DNA of 64,000 bases from a virus, in the IMG/VR virus record IMGVR_UViG_3300014325_000011, positions 1 to 64,000 of that record, one strand, 5' to 3'. The translations under genes were made by a program, and so were the position numbers. Shown here piece by piece: positions 48,644 to 58,964 of the stretch (position 1 is the stretch's first letter; each line of letters begins with the position of its first letter). A model generated the notes under the pieces. It worked only from the letters and a program-made list of their open reading frames with translations, had not been told where the DNA came from and ran no database searches.

Positions 48644-51600
48644 CTAGTCGGGTAGGACAGGGGACAGTTGGCAGGTGACCTTCCACGACTGGCCGTCCGG
48701 CTCCACGCTGATGGAATGCGAAAGCGCGTCCACATAGCCGTTGAACGTCCACGAAGGCGCACCCACGGGCCGCAGCACAACCTGGTTCAGATCGGAAATG
48801 TCCATCGACAGCGCCGGGACGAACAGGTCGTCCGGGTTCGCCGACGGCTCGAACGTGAACGCGGACAGCCGAGTCCGCGGCGACGAATACTGGCGGAGCA
48901 GCAGTTGGGCACGTTGCGCCGCGTCCTCATCAAAACCGGTTCTGATCGTCTGCGTGAAGGTCCGCGGAAAGTACTTCGTCATCGACGCCGAGTCGGAAAC
49001 ACTCGCCAACGCCCCACCATCGCGGGTCACCGAAACCTGGTTGTACACATAGGTCGGGTCGGTGTCCGTTTCCAACCCGTCCAGCTCGTAGGGCAGACCA
49101 GTAGCCGGGTCGAACACGTTCACCGGAGTGGCCTGCGACGGCCGGTAGGAACGGTCCTCGAAGCAGGGCGCCCCGTCGGCCAAGCTGTACACTTGGCCTT
49201 TGTCGGCGTCGCCCTGATCTTGGATCGAATCCAACGCAGACTGGCCGCCCAGACCCGACAGGCCGAACGTCCCCGCCGAACCGGCATAGGTCCGGCCAGG
49301 CATGACCGACCTGAGGTTCTTCGGCCATCCCCAATAGTTCAGAACCCGGTCGACACGTTCCCCGGTAGTTTCAGGAACATAGCCGGCCGCCGGGCCATAG
49401 CCGCCGTACACACCGACGACCCAGTGAGCGTTGACCCGCGTTTCGGTGAGTTCCTTGTTGTAGAATGCGACATGGGAGACGAATCCGTTGTACTGGTTGG
49501 CGGTCGCTGTCGTCCCGATCCAGTCGCCGCCGATAACCGTGTGGGCCACCGGGTTGCCGAAACTCGCCGTCCCCTGCCACAGATACTCGTGGGTCCCATC
49601 GGTCAGCCAACCGGCATAGTTGCCCGCATACAAGGTGATCACACCCGTGTAGCTGACGGTCACAGCCGCATAGTTGCCAAAGCCGCCTCCCAACAGAATG
49701 CCGCCCGACGACTCGTAGACCTTCGTCCCGCCGACATACAGGGTGAGCTGCTGGGCGACAGTCCGACCCACCATGATCTCGATGCCTGTTTTGTTACCGG
49801 AGCCGTCGAGATGGCAGAAAATCGGCGCCGAGGTTGGGGTCGTCGTTCCGTCCTGGCCGAAGAACAGGTCCATCGACCACGGGCCGCCCATAAAGTTCGC
49901 GTCGTTCCCCGCAGACAGGTCCAACACATCTGCCTGATAGGGGAAGCTCGTCGACGCGGACGGGTTGAGCCGCAGCGCAGCCCCCCCGTCGAAAATGATC
50001 GTCTGGCCGCCGAACGTCGACTTGCCGCCGCCCGCCGACGCGGACACCAGCTTCGCCAGCGACCCGGCGGCCGCCACATCCCCAGCGCCACCGGTCGACG
50101 CCGATTCGGCCAGCGGGTAGAACGCCACCGGCCCGTCGAGCAGCACTTCCTGCTCGTAGGTGGTCCGCATCGTGCCCTGGCTGAGTGCGGCCAGGGAATC
50201 CACACAGGTGATCTCCGGAAGGGACAGTGATGGTGTGACCCATGTCTGCGGCCACCGCTCGACAAACCCGGCCCACAGCGGGTAACGCAAACCCCGCCAG
50301 ATCGCAGTCACCCGGATCGGGACCAGCGGCACAAGATCCGGCGAATACGGCCCGGCAGTGTTGGTCGGGTCGAACCGGCCGCCCGAGTTGTCGACAATGA
50401 TCGACGCGGTGCCAGCCTCGAACCTGTCCAACTCGTACTGTCGGGACGCCCGGTTCAACTCCAAGCCGCGGACATAGCGGGAGATGTCCGTCCACGGGAC
50501 CGCCGACGTACATTCGATGCCAGCGATGACGTGCTGCTCACCTGCGGCGAGCCCCACCCAGCCGACGACCAGGTTCAGCCGGGACGCCCCAGCTGCGGGT
50601 GTCGAGGTGATGGTGACGGTTGTCCACCCGGTCGCCGAGTCGGCGAACGTCTCCACATCCTGGTTGGTGGAGGTCGCATTGGCTGCGTCTGCCCACTCGG
50701 CGGTCACACCACCGAACCGCGGCGACAGCCCGGCGCGAACCCGCAGGGTGATCGTGTACTCGACGCCGGGGATGATGGTCCCCGCGTCGGTGATCAGTAG
50801 CACCCCCGCAGCACCGTCGGTCAGGGCGGTGACCAGCAGGCAGTTACGCCACGGCGCGGGGGCGAAGTTCTGCCCCCACAGCAGGCTGGAGTTACCCGAA
50901 GTGCCCCACCGTCCGATCGACCGTGAGAACGTCGCCGAGTCGCCAACGATCGGCGGGTAGGCCAACGGCGACGCCGGATCCAACCCGAATCCAGCCTCGA
51001 CAACCACCTGGGGCCACAGCGTTGACCCGACAGTGCCGATCCCGCCGCCGCCAACACCCCCACCTCCGCCACCGCCACCACCTCCGCCGCCACCTGTGGG
51101 GGCTGCGGGGACGATCTCGAAGACGATCCACGACAGATCCCCGAAGGGCGCCGTGGTCGCGATCTCCATCGTCGTCCCGGCGGACACCGGTGAGGTGTAG
51201 GACAAGACGGCGCCGGTCATCGACCCGGTGATCGACGAATAGCGGCTGCCAGGTGAGACGGTGGGTGCGCCGGAGCCCGACAGGTCGGCGTAGATCGCCC
51301 ACAGTTGGGAGCCGGTGCGGGTGCAGGTCATCGACTGGGCCATGAGCGACGACGGACCCGACGGGGTGCCACCCCCACCGCCGGTACCTGTGCCGGTGGT
51401 TGCCTGCGGACCGGCGAGCAGGGTCGGAACGGTGACTCCGGAGAATCCGCCGACGACCGTGTTCCCGGAGATCGTGTTGTTTCCCGAGCCGCCGGACCAG
51501 TTACCGGTGATCTGCGCGGGGGCAACGTCTAGATGGTTACCGATGACAGAGTTGTTCTTCGACCGGTTGGCGTCGGCCCGGTCGCCACCCGTCTGATCCA

Positions 51601-53035
51601 TGTAGATGATGACCGAGTTGCCGCCGTTGTTCCAGATGAAGTTGTTCTGCACGGTGTCGTGGTTACTGGACTGGATGGCGATTCCGCATCTGCGGAAGCC
51701 GTCAAGGCCGCTGCCGTACGCATTGCCGACGATCAGGTTATTCTTGAAGACGTTGTTTCCGCCGGTTTCGTCGCAGATGCCACCCGAATAGTTCGAGTAG
51801 ATGATGTTACTATCGTAGACGTTCCCGAACGCCGGATAGTTCCCAGTCCTGTCGGCCAGGTTGATACCGCAGGAGACATCCTGCCAGACACCGTGGCCGC
51901 CAATGCCACCGTAAGACCCGCCGTTTCCATTGCCCTTGTGGATCAGATTGCCGATCCACGTGGCACCGGTCTGCAACGCCATTTTGACGTTCGAGTCGTC
52001 CGCGCCCGAATCGTAATAATTATTCTGGCCGGGGGTCAGGTTGAAAAAGAACTGGTTGTACCGGATGATCGAGCCCTGCTCGCCGTCACCGATAGCCTTG
52101 CCACCGTTGTGATGCAGCGTGCAGTTCTCCAGGATGAAGTTCGGCCCGAGCTGAATGCCAATGTAACAGTTGGTGATCTCGCAGTTGGCCACATGCCAAC
52201 CGCTGGCGGTCTGGTTCTCCGAGAAACACGAGTCGATCGCACCGCGCTGCGAGGTGTTCGGACCCACATCGCGCAACGTCAGATTGAAAATGCCAATGTT
52301 CGTGGTGGCCGAGCTTCCCCGGTGAATCTGAATGTTCGACAGGATCGTTTTACCGGCGCCCTGGCCGTAGAACTGCTGACCTGGGTTAGGAACGATCGTG
52401 TAGCCGCCGCTGTAGGTTCCAGCGTCGAGGACGAACACAGTCCCCGCGCCGTGGCTCGACGCGGCCGACGCGATATTCGATCCGAGCGGAATACGCACCG
52501 CACCCGACGGGATCGGCAGCGCCGATGGCATGATGACCGAGTTCGGGTAGGCGGTCGTGTCATTGACGTTCGTCGACCCGCCGTAGTAGTTGCCGGTGCT
52601 GCTACTTCCGCCGCCCGACGAGCCGCTGGAGCCCGACCCCGAACCGGACGATGGGTTCCCAACACCAGTCACATGCTGCGGGAACGTCGCCGCCAGATCA
52701 GCGCCTGTAAACACCAGCACTTGGACAAACTTCGCACGACTGTTATCGGACGCGCCGACAACTGTCACCGTCCGCGGCGCCGCCGCCGTCGCGATCGTCG
52801 CCCAAAAATCGACCTCGGCGGTTGTCGACGTCGGCGCCCGCCAATCCCAGCGGGGCCAGTCCAACCTGCCCGAGTCGAACGCGAACGCGCCAACCGTGGT
52901 CCCATCGGCGCGGGGCGCCATCGCCGCGAGAATGACGATGACCGACCCGGCGGGGGCCGTGAACGAAGCTGTCGTCGCGTTGCCGGTGGCGACGTAGACC
53001 GCGGGCGGGGACGACGGGTCGACAGCGAGAGTCAT
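48644..53035 (-). CDS. Large minor tail protein (beta-helix, carbohydrate-binding-like, LamG and tail-tip domains)
   Basis: Directly follows the tape measure; WTDISRYVR...AGTASI..DNS.GRFDP.N; PVAFYPLAE...SHVAFYNKELT LamG; TG.RV.RVL. Confidence 0.85.
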   Translation of the reverse strand: MTLAVDPSSPPAVYVATGNATTASFTAPAGSVIVILAAMAPRADGTTVGAFAFDSGRLDWPRWDWRAPTSTTAEVDFWATIATAAAPRTVTVVGASDNSRAKFVQVLVFTGADLAATFPQHVTGVGNPSSGSGSGSSGSSGGGSSSTGNYYGGSTNVNDTTAYPNSVIMPSALPIPSGAVRIPLGSNIASAASSHGAGTVFVLDAGTYSGGYTIVPNPGQQFYGQGAGKTILSNIQIHRGSSATTNIGIFNLTLRDVGPNTSQRGAIDSCFSENQTASGWHVANCEITNCYIGIQLGPNFILENCTLHHNGGKAIGDGEQGSIIRYNQFFFNLTPGQNNYYDSGADDSNVKMALQTGATWIGNLIHKGNGNGGSYGGIGGHGVWQDVSCGINLADRTGNYPAFGNVYDSNIIYSNYSGGICDETGGNNVFKNNLIVGNAYGSGLDGFRRCGIAIQSSNHDTVQNNFIWNNGGNSVIIYMDQTGGDRADANRSKNNSVIGNHLDVAPAQITGNWSGGSGNNTISGNTVVGGFSGVTVPTLLAGPQATTGTGTGGGGGTPSGPSSLMAQSMTCTRTGSQLWAIYADLSGSGAPTVSPGSRYSSITGSMTGAVLSYTSPVSAGTTMEIATTAPFGDLSWIVFEIVPAAPTGGGGGGGGGGGGGVGGGGIGTVGSTLWPQVVVEAGFGLDPASPLAYPPIVGDSATFSRSIGRWGTSGNSSLLWGQNFAPAPWRNCLLVTALTDGAAGVLLITDAGTIIPGVEYTITLRVRAGLSPRFGGVTAEWADAANATSTNQDVETFADSATGWTTVTITSTPAAGASRLNLVVGWVGLAAGEQHVIAGIECTSAVPWTDISRYVRGLELNRASRQYELDRFEAGTASIIVDNSGGRFDPTNTAGPYSPDLVPLVPIRVTAIWRGLRYPLWAGFVERWPQTWVTPSLSLPEITCVDSLAALSQGTMRTTYEQEVLLDGPVAFYPLAESASTGGAGDVAAAGSLAKLVSASAGGGKSTFGGQTIIFDGGAALRLNPSASTSFPYQADVLDLSAGNDANFMGGPWSMDLFFGQDGTTTPTSAPIFCHLDGSGNKTGIEIMVGRTVAQQLTLYVGGTKVYESSGGILLGGGFGNYAAVTVSYTGVITLYAGNYAGWLTDGTHEYLWQGTASFGNPVAHTVIGGDWIGTTATANQYNGFVSHVAFYNKELTETRVNAHWVVGVYGGYGPAAGYVPETTGERVDRVLNYWGWPKNLRSVMPGRTYAGSAGTFGLSGLGGQSALDSIQDQGDADKGQVYSLADGAPCFEDRSYRPSQATPVNVFDPATGLPYELDGLETDTDPTYVYNQVSVTRDGGALASVSDSASMTKYFPRTFTQTIRTGFDEDAAQRAQLLLRQYSSPRTRLSAFTFEPSANPDDLFVPALSMDISDLNQVVLRPVGAPSWTFNGYVDALSHSISVEPDGQSWKVTCQLSPVLPD

Positions 53036-53067
53036 CACATCTCCCGCTGTCGACGCCGACGTTCAGA

Positions 53068-56000
53068 TCAGACCCCGGCGATACGGGCCAGACCGTTGCT
53101 GGGGTTCCGCCGGTTGTACCGGAGGGATTGCTTCTGGGTGGACTTGAAAACCTTCTGGCCGTCGATGACGACATCGGACGCCTGCACCGTCAGGTTGATC
53201 GTGATGCCGCCTCCGCCGCCCGACGGCTGCATCCCCACCCAGCCGCCGCCAGCCTTCCCGCCGGCCAGAATCGACTTGGTCTCGTTGGCCGGGTGGATGT
53301 AGGCCGGTGCGCCGAACACGGCCAGCTCCGGGCCACGCTCACCGACGAGCACCGCCTGGCCGACGGGCGGGGAACCACCCTCGGCAAACGGGGCAATCTT
53401 GTTCAGGGTGCCGACGAACCCGCCGACCGCCTTGGCGACACCACCGATACCTCCGGTGATGGTGCTGATCGCATGACCGATCGAGTCGAAGATCGGTTTG
53501 AGGACGCCCCAGATCGTGGTAACTGTGGTCTTGATCCCACCCCAGATCGTGTCCCAGGTGATTTTGAGGGCGCGGAGCGCGGCACCGATCGCCGTGTCAA
53601 GCGCCCCGCCAATCGCGTTGAACGTCGGCGACAGGAACGACGTCCACACCGTGGACACGGCAGTGTGGATCGCCCCCCAGATCGTGTTCCACGTGGTCTG
53701 CAAAGCACGCAGCCCAAACCCGATCACAGCGTCGAACGCCGAAGCGATCGCATGGAACGTTGGCGACAGGAAACCATTCCAGATCGCGGAGAGGGCTGTT
53801 TGAATAGCACCCCACACGGCGTTCCATGTCGCCTGGAGCAGACGCAGCCCGAATCCGATGACCGCGTCGAACGCTGTTGCGATCGCGTGGAACGTGGGCA
53901 GCAGCACCGAGTTCCACACAAACGACACGGCGGTGCCAAGCGCCGACCAGATCCCGTTCCAGATCGCCTGAGCTAGGCGAAGGTTACCGATGATGAACGT
54001 TTCGACGCCTGAGACAATCGCATGGAAGGCGGGCAGCAGCACCGAGTTCCACACCCAGTTGACTGCGGTTCCGAGCGCATTCCAAACGGTTCGCCAGGCA
54101 GTTTCCAGCCAGCGGATCGCCGTTCCAATCGTGCCGGTGACGACCGAGGCAACACCCTTGCCGAACGGTTCGAGCACGTTGTGCCAGAACCAGAGGACCG
54201 CCTTGCCGATCGCCCGGTAGGCGATCTCCCAGGCGAGCACCTGCAACCGGATCGGCAGCAGCAGAAGGTTGATCGCCTTCGCGATGGCCTTGAGGATCGG
54301 CTCCAGGAAATGCCAGGTGGCGAGCGCTGCTGTTCTGATCGCACCCCACGTGACCCGGGCCGCGGTCGTCAAAGCGCCTGTGACGGCCCGCCAGGCGGTT
54401 TCAACCCCACCGACGGTCGCCCGAAATGCTGAGACGAACGGGCGAGCGACGGCCGACAGGAACGAGATTGTCGCCCGCCACGCTGTCGACAGTGCCGATC
54501 CGACCGCATGCCAGGCGGTGACGATCCCACCCCACGCCGCCTTGAGGCCGCCGATCATGCCGTTCCAGCCGGCGACGAAAAACCCGGAGACGGCATGCCA
54601 CGCGGTCACCAGCGCGCCGAGGGTCGCCGACCAGGCGATTTTGAGTGCGTCCCAGACCGCGAGCGCGGCGGTTTTCATCGCACCCCAGACGGTCGACCAG
54701 TGCTTGACGAGTTCGTAGATGGCGAAACCGAGCAGCGCCAGAGCCGCGACGATGAGAATCACAATCGCTGTGATCGGTGCGGCGGCGACCTCTGCGCCGA
54801 CCAAGGCAATCCCGAGCGCAACAACAGCCTCAATCACACCGTAGATCCACATGGCGACGGAAAGTGCCATAAGGGCCGCGAACGCTATGACGATGCCCTT
54901 TGTCAGGTTCTGATGGCTCGCGAAAAACTTGGCGATCGCTTCTAGCTTCGGAATCAGCCAGTTGCCAAGCTGGATCATCAGCGCCTTGGCGGACATCTCC
55001 AGTTGCTTCAACTGCTGGGAAAACGAGTTCGCCTGCGTGGACGCGAACGCCTTGTTGATGTCGCCGGTCGCGGAGCCGGCAGCCTTGACCTTCTCCGTGT
55101 AGACCCCGTAGGCGCCGATCATGTCGGAGATCGAGTTGCCGCCCTTGGTCCCGAACATGCTGGTCAGGGCGATCTGCTTCTTCAGATCGGCTTCCTTGCC
55201 CGAGCCGTACAGCTTGTCGAGCGACATCTTGATGTCACCGATAGCCTTCGGCAGGCCGCCTGTCGTAATGTCTTTCGACAGCTTGTCTACGGACAGGCCC
55301 ATCTCGTTGAAGTATTTCGGTGCCGTCGCCGCGGGATGCAGCAGATACTTCATAGTGTTCGTCATCGCCGTGCCGGCAGCGGCGCCGCGAAGGTTCATGT
55401 CACCGAACAGGGCGAGAGACGCCGTCACATCGGTGATCGACAGGCCATAGTTCTTCCAGATCACGACGTTGCCCTTGCCGAAGGCGTCGGACATGTCCTG
55501 CATGGACATGTCACCTTCACCGACAGCAGCAACGAGCTGACCGGCCGCCTTGGAAAGGTTTTCCATCCCGGGCAGGCCGGAGACCATCGCCGCGTCGAGG
55601 GCGTTGGTTACGTCGACCAGGTTCGCCCCGGAGACCGCGGCGGCCTTACCGGCGATCGTCAGGACATCCATCGCCTTCGGGGCGCTGGTCCCCATCGACT
55701 TCGTGGCGGCCTCGACGTGGAGCAGCGCTTCGGCAAGCGAATCCGGGTCTTGGCCGATTTTGCCGGCCAGGGCGAGCACTTGGCCTTTGAGTGCGTTGAC
55801 CTGCGGCATGGTCATGCCCAACTGGGAGTTGAGCTTGACCATCTCCTTGTCAAAGTCGGCGGCCATTTTGACCGACTCGGCTCCGACGGCGATGAATGCG
55901 ACGGCGGACGCTTTGCCGAAGGCGGTGACGGCTTTGCCCATGGAGGCGACGGCCTTCTCACGGGACGCGGCAATCTTCGCGTCCGCGGCGGCCTGCGCGG

Positions 56001-56325
56001 CTACTTGGGCGTCGAGGGCGGCCTTCCACTCGATCGTGCCTACGGTGGCCGCCCGAGTCTGGGCAACCTGCATCGCCAGCGCGTTGCGGTCTGCGGCAAC
56101 AGCCTGCTTCGCCCATTCGGCGTCCCACGCTGCACCCCACTTCGCGGCACCCTCAGCTCCGGACAGGGCCATAGCGTCGCTGGCGGCTTTAACCGCTGCG
56201 GCGCTCGACTCGGCCATCTCCTTGACGGACGCGCCGGCCTCTTTCATGCCAACGGCGAACTCGGCCGCATTGTTGACCAGCTCGATCATGACCGGGGGCA
56301 GAAGGCCCCTCACGGGAGACCCCAT
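53068..56325 (-). CDS. Tail tape measure protein
   Basis: 1085 aa; AADFDKEM, G..AGTA; Trp-spaced amphipathic repeats; FAEGG...VGERGPE. Confidence 0.93.
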   Translation of the reverse strand: MGSPVRGLLPPVMIELVNNAAEFAVGMKEAGASVKEMAESSAAAVKAASDAMALSGAEGAAKWGAAWDAEWAKQAVAADRNALAMQVAQTRAATVGTIEWKAALDAQVAAQAAADAKIAASREKAVASMGKAVTAFGKASAVAFIAVGAESVKMAADFDKEMVKLNSQLGMTMPQVNALKGQVLALAGKIGQDPDSLAEALLHVEAATKSMGTSAPKAMDVLTIAGKAAAVSGANLVDVTNALDAAMVSGLPGMENLSKAAGQLVAAVGEGDMSMQDMSDAFGKGNVVIWKNYGLSITDVTASLALFGDMNLRGAAAGTAMTNTMKYLLHPAATAPKYFNEMGLSVDKLSKDITTGGLPKAIGDIKMSLDKLYGSGKEADLKKQIALTSMFGTKGGNSISDMIGAYGVYTEKVKAAGSATGDINKAFASTQANSFSQQLKQLEMSAKALMIQLGNWLIPKLEAIAKFFASHQNLTKGIVIAFAALMALSVAMWIYGVIEAVVALGIALVGAEVAAAPITAIVILIVAALALLGFAIYELVKHWSTVWGAMKTAALAVWDALKIAWSATLGALVTAWHAVSGFFVAGWNGMIGGLKAAWGGIVTAWHAVGSALSTAWRATISFLSAVARPFVSAFRATVGGVETAWRAVTGALTTAARVTWGAIRTAALATWHFLEPILKAIAKAINLLLLPIRLQVLAWEIAYRAIGKAVLWFWHNVLEPFGKGVASVVTGTIGTAIRWLETAWRTVWNALGTAVNWVWNSVLLPAFHAIVSGVETFIIGNLRLAQAIWNGIWSALGTAVSFVWNSVLLPTFHAIATAFDAVIGFGLRLLQATWNAVWGAIQTALSAIWNGFLSPTFHAIASAFDAVIGFGLRALQTTWNTIWGAIHTAVSTVWTSFLSPTFNAIGGALDTAIGAALRALKITWDTIWGGIKTTVTTIWGVLKPIFDSIGHAISTITGGIGGVAKAVGGFVGTLNKIAPFAEGGSPPVGQAVLVGERGPELAVFGAPAYIHPANETKSILAGGKAGGGWVGMQPSGGGGGITINLTVQASDVVIDGQKVFKSTQKQSLRYNRRNPSNGLARIAGV

Positions 56326-56343
56326 GGGGACCTCCCGGGACGT

Positions 56344-56772
56344 TCAGAATCCGAGCGTTCGCCGTATCGCGGTCAGCGCGGCGGTCTGCATTTCGCCGTA
56401 CGCCGTGTTGTAAGCCGGCTGCACGTAAGGCCGAGGTGGCAGTGTTGTGCGATGGTGCCGCCCGGTGGCCCCACCCAGTTCTTGGATGCGGGCGTAGACG
56501 ACTGACGGGCCAACGGCCACATATCCGGGGCGGGTTTCGACCATCACGGAGCGGCGAAGGGTGCCGCTGATGACCGCTGGTGGCGCGTCGGGCGGGGATG
56601 GGGTGGGTGTGCCTCTGCGATGGGAGTAGATCGACAACTGGCGTTTGATCGACGCCTCGGCTACCGCCGCGCCAGCTTTCGCGCCTGCCATCGCGGCAAG
56701 GTCGGCCTTGGCGCCGAGCGCGTTCAGTCCGGCGAGCAACGCCTCCACGTCGACCCGGAGGGCCATCACCAT
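56344..56772 (-). CDS. HK97 gp10-like tail/neck protein
   Basis: P.V.SGTLRRS...YARIQELGG...PPRPY..PA. Confidence 0.8.
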   Translation of the reverse strand: MVMALRVDVEALLAGLNALGAKADLAAMAGAKAGAAVAEASIKRQLSIYSHRRGTPTPSPPDAPPAVISGTLRRSVMVETRPGYVAVGPSVVYARIQELGGATGRHHRTTLPPRPYVQPAYNTAYGEMQTAALTAIRRTLGF

Positions 56773-57035
56773 CAGCGCGACCTCGCGTCCATCTCGGCGC
56801 GGCGCACATCCCGGTCGTGTTTACGCTGCCGGCCTTCGTCGATCGCTCGCATCATCAGCGGCCAGTCGTCGACCAGCGGCAGCGGAAGCGCATCAACCTG
56901 GTCTGGCGTCCACTGCCAGCGTTCCGCGTACCAGGAGTAGAGCTGGGCGTCGTCGATCCAGTCGGGTAGCGGCGCCTGGTTGGGTCGGAGTTCTTCGCCC
57001 TCGGCGAGTTGGCTCAGTCGCGCGAGGGCACGGAA
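56772..57035 (-). CDS. Tail assembly chaperone T-segment (probable frameshift product)
   Basis: YAERWQWTPDQVDALP; no own start or RBS; -1 frame overlapping the end of the upstream chaperone. Confidence 0.6.
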   Translation of the reverse strand, partial: FRALARLSQLAEGEELRPNQAPLPDWIDDAQLYSWYAERWQWTPDQVDALPLPLVDDWPLMMRAIDEGRQRKHDRDVRRAEMDARSR

Positions 57036-57451
57036 GGGGACTGCGGGTCCATGCTCGGCTTGGTGTCCCGCCGTCCGTTGATCTTGTCGAGGACGGGCTT
57101 CAACTCGTCTTCCAAGACGTCGATGATGTCCAGGTCGATGGCAGCAAGCGCCTCGTCGTCGAGATCGAGGGGGATCGGAACCGGCTCGCCGCTCTCCGGG
57201 TCCTTCAGCGACCAGGCGACGACCCAATGCCGGAGCAACGCATCGAACGACGCGACCGACGCCGCCCCGACATTGGTGACCTTGCCGTCATCGTCGAGTT
57301 CCACAACGCTGAACGACGCGACCCGCAGATCATCCCGGTCGCCCTTCGTGACCCGCTTGGGGTTGCGGATCTCGGCCCACTGGCCGGTGCCATAGTCCTC
57401 GGTGGCTGGCAGGTCGACGCGCACGGTCTGCGCGCGAGGGTTGTTGGACAA
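57014..57451 (-). CDS. Tail assembly chaperone
   Basis: Downstream of the tail tube; VVAWSL.D...P.P motif; AGGAG RBS. Confidence 0.7.
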   Translation of the reverse strand: MSNNPRAQTVRVDLPATEDYGTGQWAEIRNPKRVTKGDRDDLRVASFSVVELDDDGKVTNVGAASVASFDALLRHWVVAWSLKDPESGEPVPIPLDLDDEALAAIDLDIIDVLEDELKPVLDKINGRRDTKPSMDPQSPSVPSRD

Positions 57452-57480
57452 GGGAGTCTCCTGCGGTCTGCGCGGTCGAG

Positions 57481-57516
57481 CCCACCCCCGGTGCGACCGC
57501 CTGCACCGGGGGTGGG
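57481..57516 (-). terminator. Hairpin after the major tail gene
   Basis: CCCACCCCCGGTGC...GCACCGGGGGTGGG. Confidence 0.55.
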
Positions 57517-57528
57517 AGAACGGGGGAT

Positions 57529-58752
57529 CTACTGGAAAGTCGAACTGGAGATCGCCGACTTGGTGACGATCGTGCAGGCCCCGAAGCCGCCGGAGGCGCC
57601 CACGTTGGTCGTGTTCCCGATCGCCGAAAAGTCGGTTTCGACGGTCGTGTAGTCCTGGCCGCGGCCGACCTTCGCACCCCGATAGGACACCGACTGCATG
57701 GCAATGTCGATGCCTACCAGCGACGCCCCGCTACCGGCTTCGAAGTTGACCGTCAGGGCCGGGTTGGTGGCGTTCAGATAGCGAAGGAACTCGGTTTCGT
57801 CCGCGGCGATGAACGTCAACTTGCCAGTGGCGGCGAGCGGCCCGAGCCACACGGCATAGGGGCCCTGAACGCCGTCAACGGTGTTCAGCACCTTCACGTC
57901 GCGTTTGAGCTGCAACTCGCCGGACTGGACGTAGAGAACCGGGCTACCGCCGATCGACGTCACACCCCGCCACGCGGGAAGCGGCGGACTGATACCCGAC
58001 CACGACGAGGTCGGCTTGGGGATGACACCGGACGGCCAGCCGGTGAGCTTCGCCGACCAAGTCAGCAGAGCTTCCGACGACCAGGTGATCGTCAGTTCGG
58101 ATACGACGCTTCCCGGGTAGGCACGGGCCTTGTTCGACGAGGCACCGGTCAGACCAGAGAAGTCCGCGATGGTCAGCGATTCGGGCTGGCCGCCGCCGTA
58201 CACACCAATGTTGTTCTTGATGTTGAAGGTGTGGCTGTACGGGGCCGACCCTCCGGTGACGGCATAGTCGCCGAGCAGGGCGCCGAGAAAATAGCCGATG
58301 CTCTCCGGGTACACGTCACCGGAGGTGCTGTACTCCGAATGGATGACACCGGGAATCGCCCCGAACAGGCCCACCTCGGAGCCGCGGTAGCCCATGTCCT
58401 CAAGAATGGTCAAGTTGTCGACGGGCTCAAACGTCTTGACCGGGATGTACGCGGTCGGGGCGGCGTTCGCGGCGGTGACGACGACAAGGTTCCCGGCACT
58501 GTGCGCTGCGACGGTCGCCGCACAGGTCACCGTGGTCCCCGACACCGACGTATAGGCGACCGTCTCAACGGTTGTGCCACCAGACGTCGGATCGTAGATG
58601 GTGAGGTTGCCGGAGTTCGGCCAGTTGGTGGTGTCCGAAACCGACAGCGACGTCGCCGACTGGTTCGCGCTCGCGGTCAGGAACGCCCGGTACTTGTCGA
58701 GGGACACGCCTAGGTAGGAGAGATTGGTTGCCTGTGCCGGAGCCGCGCTCAC
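57529..58752 (-). CDS. Major tail (tube) protein
   Basis: Position; Y.HTF, SLTI.D, YPG..V.EL.I, G.LT motifs; N-terminal inserted beta domain. Confidence 0.8.
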   Translation of the reverse strand: MSAAPAQATNLSYLGVSLDKYRAFLTASANQSATSLSVSDTTNWPNSGNLTIYDPTSGGTTVETVAYTSVSGTTVTCAATVAAHSAGNLVVVTAANAAPTAYIPVKTFEPVDNLTILEDMGYRGSEVGLFGAIPGVIHSEYSTSGDVYPESIGYFLGALLGDYAVTGGSAPYSHTFNIKNNIGVYGGGQPESLTIADFSGLTGASSNKARAYPGSVVSELTITWSSEALLTWSAKLTGWPSGVIPKPTSSWSGISPPLPAWRGVTSIGGSPVLYVQSGELQLKRDVKVLNTVDGVQGPYAVWLGPLAATGKLTFIAADETEFLRYLNATNPALTVNFEAGSGASLVGIDIAMQSVSYRGAKVGRGQDYTTVETDFSAIGNTTNVGASGGFGACTIVTKSAISSSTFQ

Positions 58753-58934
58753 TTCCCACCGCCTTTCTTGGGCGTCGAGGCCGGCTCGACGGCGATGGGA
58801 GAGGTATCGGGCGCCGACCAGTGGGGGTCGGGTGGTTCGGGCCAGTCGGCTATCTCGCCGGGCTGAAACCAGCTACCCCGGTCGGAGTAGTAGCGGGCCT
58901 GCCCATCGGCCGGGGCGAACGTGAATGCGGGCAT
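58749..58934 (-). CDS. small structural-region protein
   Basis: GTGA overlap with the tail tube gene. Confidence 0.5.
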   Translation of the reverse strand: MPAFTFAPADGQARYYSDRGSWFQPGEIADWPEPPDPHWSAPDTSPIAVEPASTPKKGGGK

Positions 58935-58964
58935 GCGAAAACCCCCAGCCGAAAGGCGGGTAGA

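Noticed and set aside
45885-53035. Diversity-generating retroelement TR/VR pair
   Set aside because: No reverse transcriptase in the window; differences are not adenine-specific and both copies are full coding domains
48668-56505. Long plus-strand ORFs (48668-50230, 51533-53302, 55003-56505)
   Set aside because: Antisense to the tail and tape measure genes; no recognisable domains
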